A stretch of 64,000 bases of DNA from Hemiscyllium ocellatum (Eukaryota): positions 44,366,117 to 44,430,116 of the forward strand of contig NC_083410.1 in assembly GCF_020745735.1 (NCBI RefSeq), given 5' to 3'. The translations under genes and the position numbers were made by a program. Within the stretch, counting starts at the first letter, position 1. Every line of letters begins with the position of its first letter. This document shows, piece by piece, positions 1 to 11,890 of the stretch. Under the pieces are notes generated by a model that did not search any database, was not told where the DNA came from, and saw only the letters and a program-made list of their open reading frames with translations.

Positions 1-604
1 GCGCAATGAATGGTGCATTTGAATGCCAGTATTTCATTTTTTTATGTTTATATATAAATGTATTATAATTTTTTCCCTTAATTATACTCAATTATCCTAA
101 CTGTTTTTCTTTAATACTGAGCTTACTACTAGAGGACCATGGGGCAAAAAATAACCTTATCTCAAATTAACTGAAATTGAAAATTATGTACTGCTTTGCA
201 AATATGTATATAATCTATATATCTTAATGTAAAGTAGATTAAACTATTCTCCACAGCTTCCAAAGCTGATCAAAAATCAGTAGCAATGTTAAATTGCAAT
301 TTATGATGTTAATTATCTCCCCGTCCTAAATTCTTTCATCCATGAGAAGGTGGAGTTAACTCATGACTTAGTGAACTGCTGTGCTCTCTCAAGGGGCCAA
401 ATAATCCGCTTCTGCATCTTTTTCTCATGTTATCTAAATAACTAACATACTTGAAGTTCGTTGTGACTGGTACTTTTTGGAAAGGCATCAAAAACTACAA
501 AAGAGGAACCCACCGGATGATTTTAGATAATTTTTGCCAACTACTAGGTGAGCCAATCTAGCTGATTACCCAAGGTTTCAGAATTAGCCCAAATGATTTT
601 GATG

Positions 605-712
605 GCCAAACATGAGGAAGTAATTCTTTAATTGTATATAGCCTTGATCAGACCCCCTCCGCAGAACTGTGTTCTGCTTTGAGCTGTAGTCCTCAGGAGA
701 GATGTAATTATA
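605..712 (+). mobile_element. Highly decayed CR1 ORF2 C-terminal fragment
   Basis: Resembles the [24 protein letters not shown]..RKDV-coding region of the other CR1 copies in this window. Confidence 0.45.
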
Positions 713-759
713 GAATCCCTATTGCGCAGAAAGAGGCCATTCAGCCCATCGAGCCTACA
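711..759 (-). mobile_element. HE1/HER1-type 3' tail fragment
   Basis: tagaatccct...gaggccattcagccc resembles the reverse-complement tail of the HE1 SINE copy at 44990. Confidence 0.4.
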
Positions 760-1019
760 AATAAAAGGATGTTGACTCTCAGGCAATCATAAACCGGGGA
801 AAGGATTACTGATCGACAGGTAAAGTGACTAATTGGCTAAGGCATTGTCGTGGAGAAAACAATAGGGAACTATAAGCTTCCTAAACTCCTACGCAATTCA
901 AAAAAGGTGCAAAGCTTAAATATATCCCTTTCATCAGCAGCTTCCTGCATCAAAACCTACATCAATTTTAGCAAGTATATATGAATAACAATACTATTAT
1001 AAAGACTTTTCATCAATGA

Positions 1020-1835
1020 TTGTTTTTGAGGACTTGTTTAAAAATTGTGGACTGTATGCAATTACAAACCTGAATGTAGTGTTTTGTTTTAAACAATCGT
1101 GGAAAGGACAGTGAGATTTTTTTTTCAAAACCACTTATTCGAAGTTACATGGTTTGAGTTGGCCAAACAGCTTGGAGCTCCTCAATTTACTAGAAGTCAT
1201 ATCTTCAGTTAGTTGCTGGAATTACTTGAAATTACCTGCCTGGAGTATGTAACATTGTTTTGGAAATGATTTGAATTTCAGTTGGGTCACATCCTCTTGA
1301 GAAAAAAACAGCTTCCCAGCTCAACCCCTGCCTTTCTGAGAAACCCTTGAGAGTTCAATGTGAGGATTAAAATCCTGATTAATTTATTCTACTGAAAAAA
1401 CACCTGGTAAGAGTTCTTCCTGACAACTCTTAAGTGAAGTGAATCTGCAAAAGTCTCAGAGATAACTACCATTGTTTGGTGATAACTGTCTATATGTGTG
1501 CCAGTATGCTGACCAAAAACTCTTTTAAACATATGTACAAATGTATGTTGTGTTATTTAGAGAGATAAATATTTATATTTTCATATTTTAAACTGTGTGC
1601 TAACTAGCTGTACATATTTATTAATTAAATCTTGTTTTATAACCAATAATTTTGCTGTTAGTTAAAAGAACTGGGTTGATAGATTTTAAAATTCCTAATC
1701 TAATACAGAGAAGGTGTATATTTCATCATATCAGTAACTGTGTAAATCATTTCAATATATATTTTGACTGGTAGAATAGTAGGCTAGAGAGAGAGAGAGA
1801 GGCAGTGCACTCAGCAACCTTGGTCATAATATACA
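1020..1835 (+). repeat. 5' LTR
   Basis: Shares blocks with 3821-4423 (attaaaatcctgat; tgacaa..taagtgaa..tctgcaaa; gttaaa.gaactgggttgat; ctagagag); ends ..ATACA immediately before the PBS. Confidence 0.7.
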
Positions 1836-1837
1836 AG

Positions 1838-1855
1838 TGGGAACTCATCCAGAAT
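1838..1855 (+). promoter_or_regulatory. Primer binding site, tRNA-Pro type
   Basis: TGGGAACTCATCCAGAAT vs the canonical tRNA-Pro PBS TGGGGGCTCGTCCGGGAT (13/18, all five differences G>A), 2 nt after the LTR end. Confidence 0.7.
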
Positions 1856-1989
1856 AGTTCAAAGTCGGAAATGTGTATTTGGAAGAATAGTAGTAATAAT
1901 TGAATTGGATAAAAGAAAGGATGTCAGGTTTCCTGTGCATTAGGGTAATGCTTATGAAACCAAAACCTATAAAACCAAACTGGATCTAT

Positions 1990-3812
1990 CACTTACTAAG
2001 ACTTTCTGGGGACGGATGTGTTTTCCCTAAGTGACAGCAAACCAAGATTGGGCTCATAGCATTGGCAGAAAAGTTACAGTTTAATTTAGAACTAGGGGCA
2101 AAGAAAGCAGATGTAATTGAGGTAATAGCACATTTCAACTTGGAAATAAAAGGATGCAATCCAGAAGTAATTCAGTGGAATTGGCTGGAACTCAGTTGCA
2201 AACGAATAAGCTTAAACAAGAAAAATTATTAAAATTGAACAAGAAAGACAATTGATAATGAGAAGAACACCTGATCTTAAAAGCACTTCAGAGAGAGGAA
2301 ATGAAAAAAGGAAAAACTTATTTATAAAGTTAGACGTAAACACCACAGGGAGGGAGGAAGAGAGCGAAAGGAGAAATAGTGTGTAAATGAATACAAGCTT
2401 AAAAAGTTGCAACAGAAGGAAGAGGATGTCTCTAGTTTCTAGGAGTCTTCTGGTAGGAAGGATTTGAGTCCAACCCAAAACCCATTGGTGAACTATTTAA
2501 ATCTTTGAAAGCCTTCCAAAGTTTGCTGAAAGGGATATAGAGGCCTTTTCAAAAAAACAAACATCTTTTGAAAAGGTCAGTAAACGCATAAAGAGCCTAA
2601 AAGGAAAATGGATATGTAGGCTTACCAGCAGTGCTAATTTGCAGTCTGAGGCTGCTCCAATAGCCTATATGGTGGCAAAAAAAAACACTTCTACTGCTTA
2701 CAGTTTGGTCTGTAATTTGGCAGAAATTTCAGAACCTTCAGACTTGTATAGATTTTATGAGAATAAAGCAAGATAACTTCAGGCATTAAAGGAAAACAAA
2801 GACACTTAATAATTCTCTTGGAATAATTTAAAAATCCACTCACCATTGGTAAATACCCACATAGGGAACTGGAAAGTTTCAACATCAGCATAGGCAGCTA
2901 CGATGGCTAATGATCACAATTTTGTCTACAAATCTAAGGTCTCTTTCTGTCACCTCCTCAAACTCAAGAATGTTAGAAGGTGTGAAGGGTGAAAGAAAGG
3001 CAAATAGGTAGTGATGAGAACGGACGGGTGGAAGTGCCCCAGGATCGCCGCCTCAGGCCAGAAAGGAAGTTGCTGAGGGTGGAAGAAACTTTAACTGTTT
3101 CCATTGTCGCAAAGTGGAACATCTTCCTGCGCATTGTTGTGGAGCATATCCATGGAACTTATCACTACACAATATCAATGCAGATAAAAGTATCTCAGCA
3201 AAGTGTACAATAGCCCACGTTGCCTTTTGGTTTGTGCCTGTAAGACCAAGTACAAACACCACTGTCAATATAGATGAGGTAAACAAGACACCTGAGATTG
3301 ACAGGGAATTCTTGGCAATAGGAAGAGCAACTCCTTATCCATTATGAGGCAGGCAAACCTATAATTAGCCTTAGGAATACTAGGTAACTCTGTTGCTGGG
3401 AAAAGGCATAACTTTACTAACAGAAATTACTTTGAAGGCCAAAGTTTTACTGAATGATAATATTGCACTGTTGGATCGGATACAGTTGAGTGTTATCTGA
3501 TATCTGGGATAGCAACTGTAGGAGATGTCCACAGTTTGAAAATGTGTTGCTGGTTAAAGCACAGCAGGTTAGGCAGCATCCAACCAGCAACACATTTTCA
3601 GCTCTGATCTCCAGCATCTGCAGACCTCACTTTTTATTCGAAGATGTCCACAGTTTGCCTATTGATAGAGTTAACCTACTCCTGGGGAATGGTTTGGTAG
3701 TAGCTTCTCCAATAGTCACAGGAAGGCCAAGAGAGGGCAAGGAAATAGGGGTGTTGCAGAAAAAGGCCACAGGAGTTTTTCCTTCTTCTGTAATTACATG
3801 AGCAATGGCAAA
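1990..3812 (+). pseudogene. gag-protease remnant of the Gypsy element
   Basis: LPKFAERDIEAF..SFEKV near 2513-2580; zinc knuckle CFHCRKVEHLPAHC (CX2CX4HX4C) 3096-3137; protease active-site remnant IISLRNTR (from LRDTG) 3361-3384; LPIDRVNLLLGNGL flap-end motif near 3655-3697; many stops and frameshifts. Confidence 0.75.
3539..3641 (+). mobile_element. Short palindromic Penelope-like pLTR insertion
   Basis: Same family as 41654-41869; inverted arms gaaaatgtgttgctggtt/aaccagcaacacattttc; perfect 16-bp TSD AGATGTCCACAGTTTG 3523-3538 / 3642-3657. Confidence 0.8.
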
Positions 3813-3820
3813 CAACCTAC

Positions 3821-4423
3821 TGAGAGAACAAAGCTATCCAACTCAGCCTCAACATTTTTATGAAGCCCTTGTTATGAATTCAGTGTGATAATTAAAATCC
3901 TGATGAAACTGTTCTCCCGCTAAGCGTCTGAAGGAGTTTCTTCTTGACAATTTCTAAGTGAACTGTGTCTGCAAAGGTCCCAGAGACAACTGCCTGTATT
4001 TAATAATACTGTGTGAGAGGATACATATTAAAGAAGTTATCTTGAATATTTTGTAATTTATCCCTTTTCTCCTTTGGGAACTAATAATTATTTGTCAAAG
4101 TATTGTTTTCTCAGAAATCTGTCTTTGCAGAGAATTTTTTCCCCAATTGATGTATATTTATTTTTGTTCTATTATTTTGAGAGAAAAATATGTAGATTCT
4201 CAAACTGTATGTGTTAACCAGACTTGCATCTTATCGAAATTGGTTTTGCTTTGTAATAAATCAATAAGTTTATTGTTGGTTAAAGGAACTGGGTTGATGG
4301 ATTTTTTTTATTCTGCACCTAACATAAGGGATGTATACAGTTTGTTATTTTGGTAACTGGGAAGTTTTGACCAGTACTAGGACTAGAGAGGGAGAGTATA
4401 CTACTCCAATCTCTATTGTAACA
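3821..4423 (+). repeat. 3' LTR (5'-truncated by the internal deletion)
   Basis: Homologous to about 1298-1835; ends TTGTAACA. Confidence 0.7.
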
Positions 4424-4679
4424 TTGTGAGTATGACTGGTAATTTTAAATTGGTTGTAGGGCAGCTGTTAACACACTGAGCAAGTACTGTTTGATTGTGG
4501 AATCATACCTAACAACAACAATTTTGTTTTGGGTATATTCCTTCATTTGTTAATAAGAGGTACAATATAGATTGTACTCAACCAGGTCTTATTTGCAAAG
4601 TCTATATCAGCCCCAACCACCATCCTTGTTCCCTGATGGTTTGGAATTTTTCATTCTTGCATGTCGCATGGAACACAAA

Positions 4680-4815
4680 GTAAAACTTTTAACAAGGAGA
4701 GATTGAGCAATTTAGGCCTATACTCCCTAAAGTTTAAAAGGATAAAGGGAAATTGTACTGATTTATATAAGCTGCAAGAGGGGATTGACAAAATAGATGG
4801 AGAGAGGATTGTTGG
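4680..4815 (+). mobile_element. Decayed CR1 3' fragment
   Basis: Encodes ERLSNLGLYSLKFKRIKG..YKL..GIDKID-like C-terminus of CR1 ORF2. Confidence 0.6.
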
Positions 4816-5054
4816 AGTTGCTGATGGCTGAAGAGAACTGTTAGTTGAGGAAGCAGTTTCCACAGTCAGAATCATGACTTTCATGCTCATGATAACCAGA
4901 TAAGATAATGAAGTGCCTCGTAGAAATCTTAGTGGGAAACAGAAAACTTAATATTTGGTAAAATGAGAAGGAAAAGTCTGATCCCACTATTATAAAAAGC
5001 TTTGTAAGGAATTGTTATTACATATTATACATGTAAATATACTGAAATTATAAC

Positions 5055-6068
5055 AGAGTGATAGTTATGTACAACAAGGAAACAGACCCTCTGGTTCAAC
5101 TCATCCATGTCAACCAGATATCCTAAATTAATCTAGTACTATTTAGCCCATATCCCGCTAAACCTTTCTATTCATATACATCCATCTGCCTTTCAAATGT
5201 TGTAATCTACAGCCTCCGCCACTTCCTCTGGCAGCTCATTCCATACACACACTACCTTCTGTGTGAAAAGGTTGTCCCTTTTAAATCTTTCCCCTCTCAC
5301 CAGTTCTGGACTCCACCAACTCTGGAAAAAGACCATTGCAATTCACCATATCCATGTGCCTCATGCTTAATAAATCTCTATAAGATCGGCCCTCAGCCTT
5401 TTGATGCTCCAGGGAAAACAGCCCCAGCCTATTCAGCCTCTCCTATAGCTCAAATTCTCCAACCCTTCAAAGTTTCACAACATTCTTCCTATTAGTAGGA
5501 GACCAAACTTATGTGCAGTATTCCAAAGGTGGCCTAGCCAATGTCCTGTACAACCACAACATGACCTCCCAACTCCCATACTCATGCAGTGGCTCATAAA
5601 GGCAAGCATATCAAATGCCTTTTCCTCTATCCTGTCTACCTGCGACTCCACTTGCAATGAACTATGAACCTGCACTCCAAGTCTCCTTGTTCAGCAACAA
5701 TACCGAGCATTTTACCATTATATGTATAAGTCCTGCCCTGATTTGTCTTTCCAAAATGCAAACATCTCACATTTATCTAAGTTAAACTCCATTTGCCATC
5801 CCTCAGCCCATTGACCCATCTAATCAAGGTCCGATCTTATTCTGAGGTAACCTTCTTTGCTGTCCACAACAGCACCAATTTTGGTGTCATCTGCAAATTT
5901 GTAACCATCCTCCATTGTTCACATCTAAATCATTTATATAAATGACAAAAAGCAGTGGATCCAGCATCCATCCTTATGGCACAGTGCTGCACATAGGCCT
6001 CCAGCCTGAAAAGCAACCCTCCACCACCTCTGAATCCTACCTTCAAGCCAGTTCTGTATCCAAATGGA
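5055..6068 (-). mobile_element. 5'-truncated CR1 LINE (about 1 kb 3' end)
   Basis: Minus strand gives WIQNWL..KFADDTKIGA..VHSSLQVESQVDRI..; 3'UTR matches that of the 37430-41157 copy. Confidence 0.9.
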
Positions 6069-6569
6069 TAAGAGCGACTAAAAAAATATAATCTGAGGGA
6101 ATTTAGCTAAACTCTTTGAGACAAATGGCTGTAGATAGTGGAGAGAATTCTCCATCCCATCAGCAGAATGCTGAAGGACAAATAGTGTAAACACCAAGGA
6201 CCAGAGTATATATGACGAATGATATGTAATGAAGGGTATAAACATAACCTCATGAAAGTGCGTTGGAAAACAACATTGTTAGAGGGACAATTATAAAAAT
6301 TACTTAGCCATTTTGATCTCAGGAAAATAATCACAGCTCCAGAAGATAACAAACATCATCCTCTCAGTATGATGCTGCTGGCAACCGTCTGGTGGCAATA
6401 GTGATGTCAATGTTGCCTGTAAATGTTGTAATGTGGAATATATAAATATCTTGTATTTTTTTGGAAAGGTAGAGTATCCTAGAGCCCTCTCCTATATTGT
6501 GTGGTAAGGAACTTTGAATAAAGATTGATTTATGCTACTGAACATGGGACTCAGGCTCTTCTTAAAATT

Positions 6570-6918
6570 CCTCTCTAACAAGGATGTTTCCCTTTGTGGA
6601 TCAATGTAAAATGAGAAGTATAGTATTAGGCTAGAAGTGGCAGATTTAAAACAGAAATGGAGAGGAATTACTTCTCTCAAATGGTCGTGAATCTGTGAAA
6701 TTCCAGAGTGTGTTGGATGCCAAGTCAGTGAATAACTTTAAAGAGGAGATAGATTTTTAATTAGTAATGGGATAAAGGCTATTGGGAGCAGACAGAAAAG
6801 TGGAGTTGAGTTCTGTAGTCCTCACTTTCTCCACTATGATGAGATCAGCCAGGATTGTATTGAGTGGTGGAGCACTCAAGGGGCTGAATTGCCTCATCCT
6901 GCTCCTCGTTCTATGTTC
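6570..6918 (+). mobile_element. Decayed CR1 3' end
   Basis: ggatgtttccc...aattacttctctcaaatggtcgtgaatctgtg...gggctgaattgcctcatcctgctcct..ttctatgttc tail. Confidence 0.7.
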
Positions 6919-6959
6919 AGCATTATGTTTCTTTTTTCAGCAATATTCAAGTTCTGTGT

Positions 6960-7560
6960 TACCAGATAATTAATTCATTCAATAAGTTTTATTCTCAAGT
7001 TTAGACAGTTGGGAATTTATCAAATCAAGGTATTTACAATGATAAAGTCAGAAGTCACAGGACACCAGGTTATAGTCCAATAGGTTTAATTGAAATCGCA
7101 AGCTTTCGGAGCATAGTCCCTTCATCAGCTGAATTGCTAAGCTCCAAAAGCTTGTGATTTCAAATAAACCTGTTGGATTATAACCTGGTGTTGTGTGACA
7201 TCTGACTTTGTCCACCCTACTACGGCAGCAACACCTCCACATCATACAATGATAAATGGATTGTTTGGGCAGGCTCAGAGAAACTATTCCCCCTGATGAA
7301 GACATTGTCTTAAAATTAGAGATTAGCCATTTAAGAGTGAAATTGAGAAACAAAGACTTACTTGAAATTTGGACTCTTTCCAACAAAAGAGTAGCTTTGC
7401 TAGATCCTTTTAAATTTCCCAGATTGAGACATTTGGTTTTACAAGGTAAGCTTATCAAGGTATATGGATTAAAGGTGGTAAATGGCATTGAGGTATAGAT
7501 CAGTCACAACCTTGATTTGATGGCAAAAGAGGCTTGAATGACCATCACTCTTTCTATGTC
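6960..7560 (+). mobile_element. Decayed CR1 3' fragment interrupted by a Penelope pLTR insertion
   Basis: CR1-like 3' sequence continues across the TSD at 7035/7245 and ends ttctatgtc. Confidence 0.55.
7047..7244 (+). mobile_element. Palindromic Penelope-like pLTR insertion with hammerhead core (minus strand 7101-7128)
   Basis: About 80-bp inverted arms; 12-bp TSD TACAATGATAAA 7035-7046 / 7245-7256; minus strand reads CTGATGA-AGGGAC-TATG-CTCC-GAAAGCT. Confidence 0.8.
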
Positions 7561-7848
7561 AGTGTCTGCCTGTACTTGGTAGTCCCCTGCACTTGCAACA
7601 AAATCCCATTTCCCACTGGCCAAAGCTATCCATAATTGTGCATCTTGACGGGAAGGATATCCATGATCTATTCAGTTCTACCAAAGTTCACTCAGGTGAT
7701 ACATGCACAGTTATATGTTCTCAAATGAAGCCTGAAATAAACAGATGGTATAAACAAATGCTTTCACAGACACAGGCAAAGAACGGCCATCTGGAAGAGA
7801 TGGCCGTAGGTCGTCTTGAAATAGACTGTGTTAATCTTTGGGTGATAC

Positions 7849-8040
7849 AAAATAAAGATCTGTGAATGCTGGAGATCTGAAACAAACAAAGACAGATATT
7901 GCTAGAGCAGCTTAGCAGGTGTGGGAGCATCTGTGAAGAGAAAACAGTTAACATTTCAAGCCCTCTGACCCTTTAGAAGTGAAGGGTCACTGGCCTGTTG
8001 CCAAACATGCTGAGTTTCTTGAGCAATTCTGTTTTTGTTT
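7849..8040 (-). mobile_element. Palindromic Penelope-like pLTR insertion
   Basis: Same family as 11014, 30278, 45866 and 51638; inversion centre gacccttt/gaagggtc near 7968-7988. Confidence 0.7.
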
Positions 8041-9196
8041 TTTTTTTGTAAATATATTTATTAGCAATTTTTTTTAACTTTACAAACATATAAAATTATT
8101 GAAAAATACAATCAATAACAAATATCAGTATAATAAAAAGAAAAACCAAATTACAATACAACTACTGTCTACTAACTACTAACCACCCTATAATGCAAAC
8201 CCGAACACTGTGCAAAGCAACACCAAAAAAAAAGAAAGCAAAGCAAAAAAAAACGACAAAATACAGAACAGCTATGCTCGGCACAAAGCTCCCAAAGGAA
8301 TGGGAGAATTTTATATATACCCGTATTAATTCAGGGCCCAGGGCTTGACCAGTCTAACCATTCTAGTTAAACAAATGCCCTAGTTAAGGTAACTGACAAG
8401 TCTATATCCAACTAACTCAAGTAGGGCTGCCATGTTTTATAAAAATGGTCTGTTGTGTGGTGTACCATGTTTGTAAAAAAAAAGTCCAAGGGAATGTGTT
8501 CCATAATTAATTTCTGCCATCCCAGCAAGCCCGACGGGTTCTCAGATACCCAATTCATCAGAATATTCTTTGGTGCACAGTATGCAAGAATATTAAATAG
8601 TTTCTTCCCATGCCCGTCTAAAGATAGTAAATTCGATAGACCTAAGAGGAGAGATATCGGGTCTACTTAACTTCAGTTCTCAATACCCTCCTTATCTCTC
8701 CCTCCACAGCGCTTCAATAAACACGGAGCCTGTGCTGTCCAGAAGCAATGAGTAAGAGTACCTACATTTATTTTACATTTGGGGCACACTGAAGATGCCC
8801 CTTTTTTAAACTTCGCCAGAAGGTCTCTTGTTAAATGAGCCCTGTGCAGAACTTCACTGCGTAGCGCATGTCTTGTTACAGATTGAGATCTTTCGAGTAT
8901 TCTCCCATATGCTCTCCCATGTTTCCGAAGAGATCTCCACTCCTAGCTCTTGCTCCCAGACCTCACATAACCAATTAATGTCCTGCCAGGCCCTGCCAAT
9001 CAGCAGGCAATAGAGTGCCTGCTCCCGAAAGAGTGCTTGTGGAACATAGCCACAACCTCTCTGTATCGGGCTTATAGGGCTTAGTGAGAAGCATAGTCTT
9101 CTTCTGGATGAAATCCCTAACCTGAAAAAAAAGGAAAAGATCTCTGCTGGGCAACCCGTATTTGCAGCTCAGTTGCTCAAAAGACATCATAACCTC
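8041..9196 (-). mobile_element. 5'-truncated L1-clade LINE (ORF2 C-terminus, 3'UTR, poly-A)
   Basis: Poly-T and minus-strand AATAAA at the left end; minus-strand SFEQLSCKYGLPSRDLFLFFQVRDFI and cysteine-rich CPKCKINVGTLTHCFW; 12-bp TSD CTGTTTTTGTTT 8029-8040 / 9197-9208, a T-rich L1 endonuclease-type target. Confidence 0.88.
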
Positions 9197-9989
9197 CTGT
9201 TTTTGTTTGTTTAAGTCATCAGGTGTTGATCTGGACAAAATCTGTCTCCTACACACTGTTCATTTGAAAGCTGCATATAGGTAATTTCAAATGGAAATGT
9301 TTAGCTTTCATTTCCTGCTAATGTGTAATCTATGCTTGGAAAATCTGATACGAATTGCATCATAACTTTACTACCAGACCATCCATTTTAATTAAAACAC
9401 AGTTATCTATATCTCATAAACCTCTAATTATAAGAAATTCCATTATTATGCAGTAGTGAATGTTACTTCACTTTAAGACCATTTAGTTAAGTCTGGAAGC
9501 AAAATAAACCAACAAACAAGGAATGATACAGAAGACAGAAAAAGTATTTTATTAATCCCAGCTTTAAAGGCACCCGAGATTATTCAGATTGGGCTTTTGT
9601 ATTGATTAATGTTGACTTTTAAACCAACAAATGAAAAACAATTCAGCCAAATTTATATTAAGTAGAATGTACAATATGCATATGTGTGAAGATCATCAAT
9701 GTTTTTGTTTCAATTATTATCTACTTTATATGGCTATGCCTTTAGAAAGGAAGCAAACTTCATTTGTTTTGCAACCGCAGAGGATAAGGGATTTAGTGTG
9801 CCGCTTGTATGAACATTTATTTCCCCCTATTGCCTCGAAACTAGAGTGCTTTTTGAATGACCAGTATTATACTTTCAAATGGATTTTCTGGGAATTTACT
9901 CTTCTGCCTTGTAAGGAAATCCATGATGAAATGCTCAATGAAAATCGATACAGTCTGTCATTTATATTTGATATCTAAGCCCTTACCTG

Positions 9990-10330
9990 CATTTTAATAT
10001 ATAGAGTTGTCCTAAAGGTGCAGTTTGGTTAAAAGCTAGTTTGTATTTATTCAATGTAAAACCTTGACAGAATATATTTCATCTTGCAGTCACAGATCTT
10101 TATAAAACATTGCCAGAAATCTTATGGCCTGTTTGATGATAGACTGACAGGTATCCAGGCTTACCTGAAACAGGTTTTCATAGCAGTAACTGTGACAGAG
10201 ATAAAAACAAAACCATTAGAATAATTTTCCGTCTGATAGGATATTGTGTAATAACTGTGTTTCATCCGTCCATTAAGCTGTTATAACATCAGAAGGTGAT
10301 TAAGCAGATGTCTAGCTTCTGGAAACTGTA
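9990..10330. promoter_or_regulatory. Candidate conserved non-coding element / enhancer in the last gpatch2 intron
   Basis: Repeat-free; three TGACAG (Meis/TALE) sites, TTTATAA/CTTATGG Hox-like sites and TGATTAA. Conservation is inferred, not tested. Confidence 0.4.
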
Positions 10331-10479
10331 GACCTATGATCTGGGATTCAGTTTATAGTCTGATGGAGAAAAACATGAACTGTGGTACTGTAGTCTAGAA
10401 GACATAGCTAAATGGCTGTGTATAGGTGTATTTTTAACAAGCCTGCTTTATGCATATATACAGGTCAGATTTAATTTTG

Positions 10480-10686
10480 AGCAGATATTCAGCATTTCAA
10501 ATAAATTGGTAAAGTATAATTGAAATATTGCGTAACTATATAATGTTTCAAATGGATGTTTTGCTGTTAATATTTCTCTTAAATGTCACAATATTCTGGC
10601 AGCTATAATATTTATGTCACAGTACTGTGCTGTAAAGCTATTTGTTATTTGAAGGTTTATTACCAGTGCTGCTTAGAAATTAATTT
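10480..10686 (+). repeat. 207-bp direct repeat, copy 1
   Basis: Identical to 11264-11470 except for 4 substitutions by eye. Confidence 0.95.
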
Positions 10687-11013
10687 TAGAAATATTTTGA
10701 TATTAATATACAGTACCTAGGAAAATACATGCTGGGTTACCTTCTTCAAAGCCTCATAGTCATAGATTCACAACTCATATCTGCATCACACTGTAAGTTA
10801 TGTTATTTTGATGAGATGTTTCATCAATTGGTCAGACTACCAGAGTCAATTGGACACTACTTCAAGTAATGAAGCATCCAGACTCAACAAAGGAGATATT
10901 GGCAACCAATTTTGCTTAGGAATTTCGCATTCTGTTGAACGTTACTGAGGCTGGATGTGACTAAGCACTATTTGGTAGAAGGGAAGGAAACGAGGGTGTT
11001 AGAAATTACTTGT

Positions 11014-11148
11014 TCTGATGAAAAGTCACTGGACTCAAATGTTAACTCTGCTTTCTCCCCACAGGTACTGTCAGACCTGCTAAGTTTCACCAGCAAATTC
11101 TGTTTTTGTGTCAGATCTCCAGCATCTGCAGTTCTTTGTTTTATTATT
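11014..11148 (+). mobile_element. Short Penelope-like pLTR insertion beginning at a hammerhead core
   Basis: gtt-CTGATGA-aaagtc-actg-gact-CAAAT-GTT-aac; 12-bp TSD GAAATTACTTGT 11002-11013 / GAAATTATTTGT 11149-11160. Confidence 0.75.
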
Positions 11149-11263
11149 GAAATTATTTGTACTTGCAGATATTGTTTAAAATTTGGTCTTCTAAATTTTT
11201 AACTTGTCCTTCTTGATACATAAAGTGTACTTTTTGAATACCAGATTCAAAACTGATATTCAA

Positions 11264-11470
11264 AGCAGATATTCAGCATTTCAAATAAATTGGTAAAGTA
11301 TAATTGAAACATTGCATAAGTATATAATGTTTCAAATGGATGTTTTGCTGTTAATATTTCTCTTAAATGTCACAATATTCTGGCAGCTATAATATTTATG
11401 CCACAGTACTGTGCTGTAAAGCTATTTGTTATTTGAAGGTTTATTACCAGTGCTGCTTAGAAATTAATTT
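11264..11470 (+). repeat. 207-bp direct repeat, copy 2
   Basis: See copy 1; 577-bp spacer between the copies. Confidence 0.95.
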
Positions 11471-11559
11471 CTAATTAATGGTTATTTGAAGTAATGTAAC
11501 AACATGAGAGGTTCCTTTGATGACTCTAAATCATGTAGATGTGAATAATCCCTGGCTTG

Positions 11560-11890
11560 TTTTACTAAATATGTGTTGAGAATGTTTAGAATTGTGAGGG
11601 GTCTGAGTGGAGTGAATTGGGACCAGAGGACATTGATTTCTGATACTTGGTAAAAGAAGCAACAACAACATGTGAAGAGACTTTTCACGATGTTTAGGAT
11701 CCAGAAGTCATTGCTTCGGAATAGTGTGGAGGCAAACTTGATTGTGGATTGTGAGGGGAAATCTGGGTGGGGGAAGAGAAATTTGCAGTGCTGCAGGGAA
11801 GGGGACAGTAATAAGCCTGGATGGGTTGCTTTTGCAGGGAGCTGGTTTGGATGCAACCAATTGAATGGCCACTTTCTGTAGCAATTCTAA
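11560..11890 (+). mobile_element. Decayed CR1 3' fragment
   Basis: FRIVRGLSGV-like coding remnant followed by a CR1-type 3'UTR ending ttgaatggccactttctgtagcaattcta. Confidence 0.55.

Larger units (their letters stand above)
1020..4423 (+). mobile_element. Decayed, internally deleted Ty3/Gypsy (Gmr1-like) LTR retrotransposon
   Basis: Two diverged direct repeats (about 1298-1835 vs 3821-4423) both ending in ACA; PBS after the first; gag with a CCHC knuckle and protease remnants between them; no RT/IN. The 5' start is approximate. Confidence 0.8.

Noticed and set aside
770-975. Repeat-like segment with a minus-strand CTGATGA near 931-937
   Set aside because: No matching stem II and GAAA core, so not called a ribozyme; family unassigned.
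7048-7488. 146-aa minus-strand ORF
   Set aside because: Runs across a PLE palindrome and a CR1 remnant; no protein motifs.
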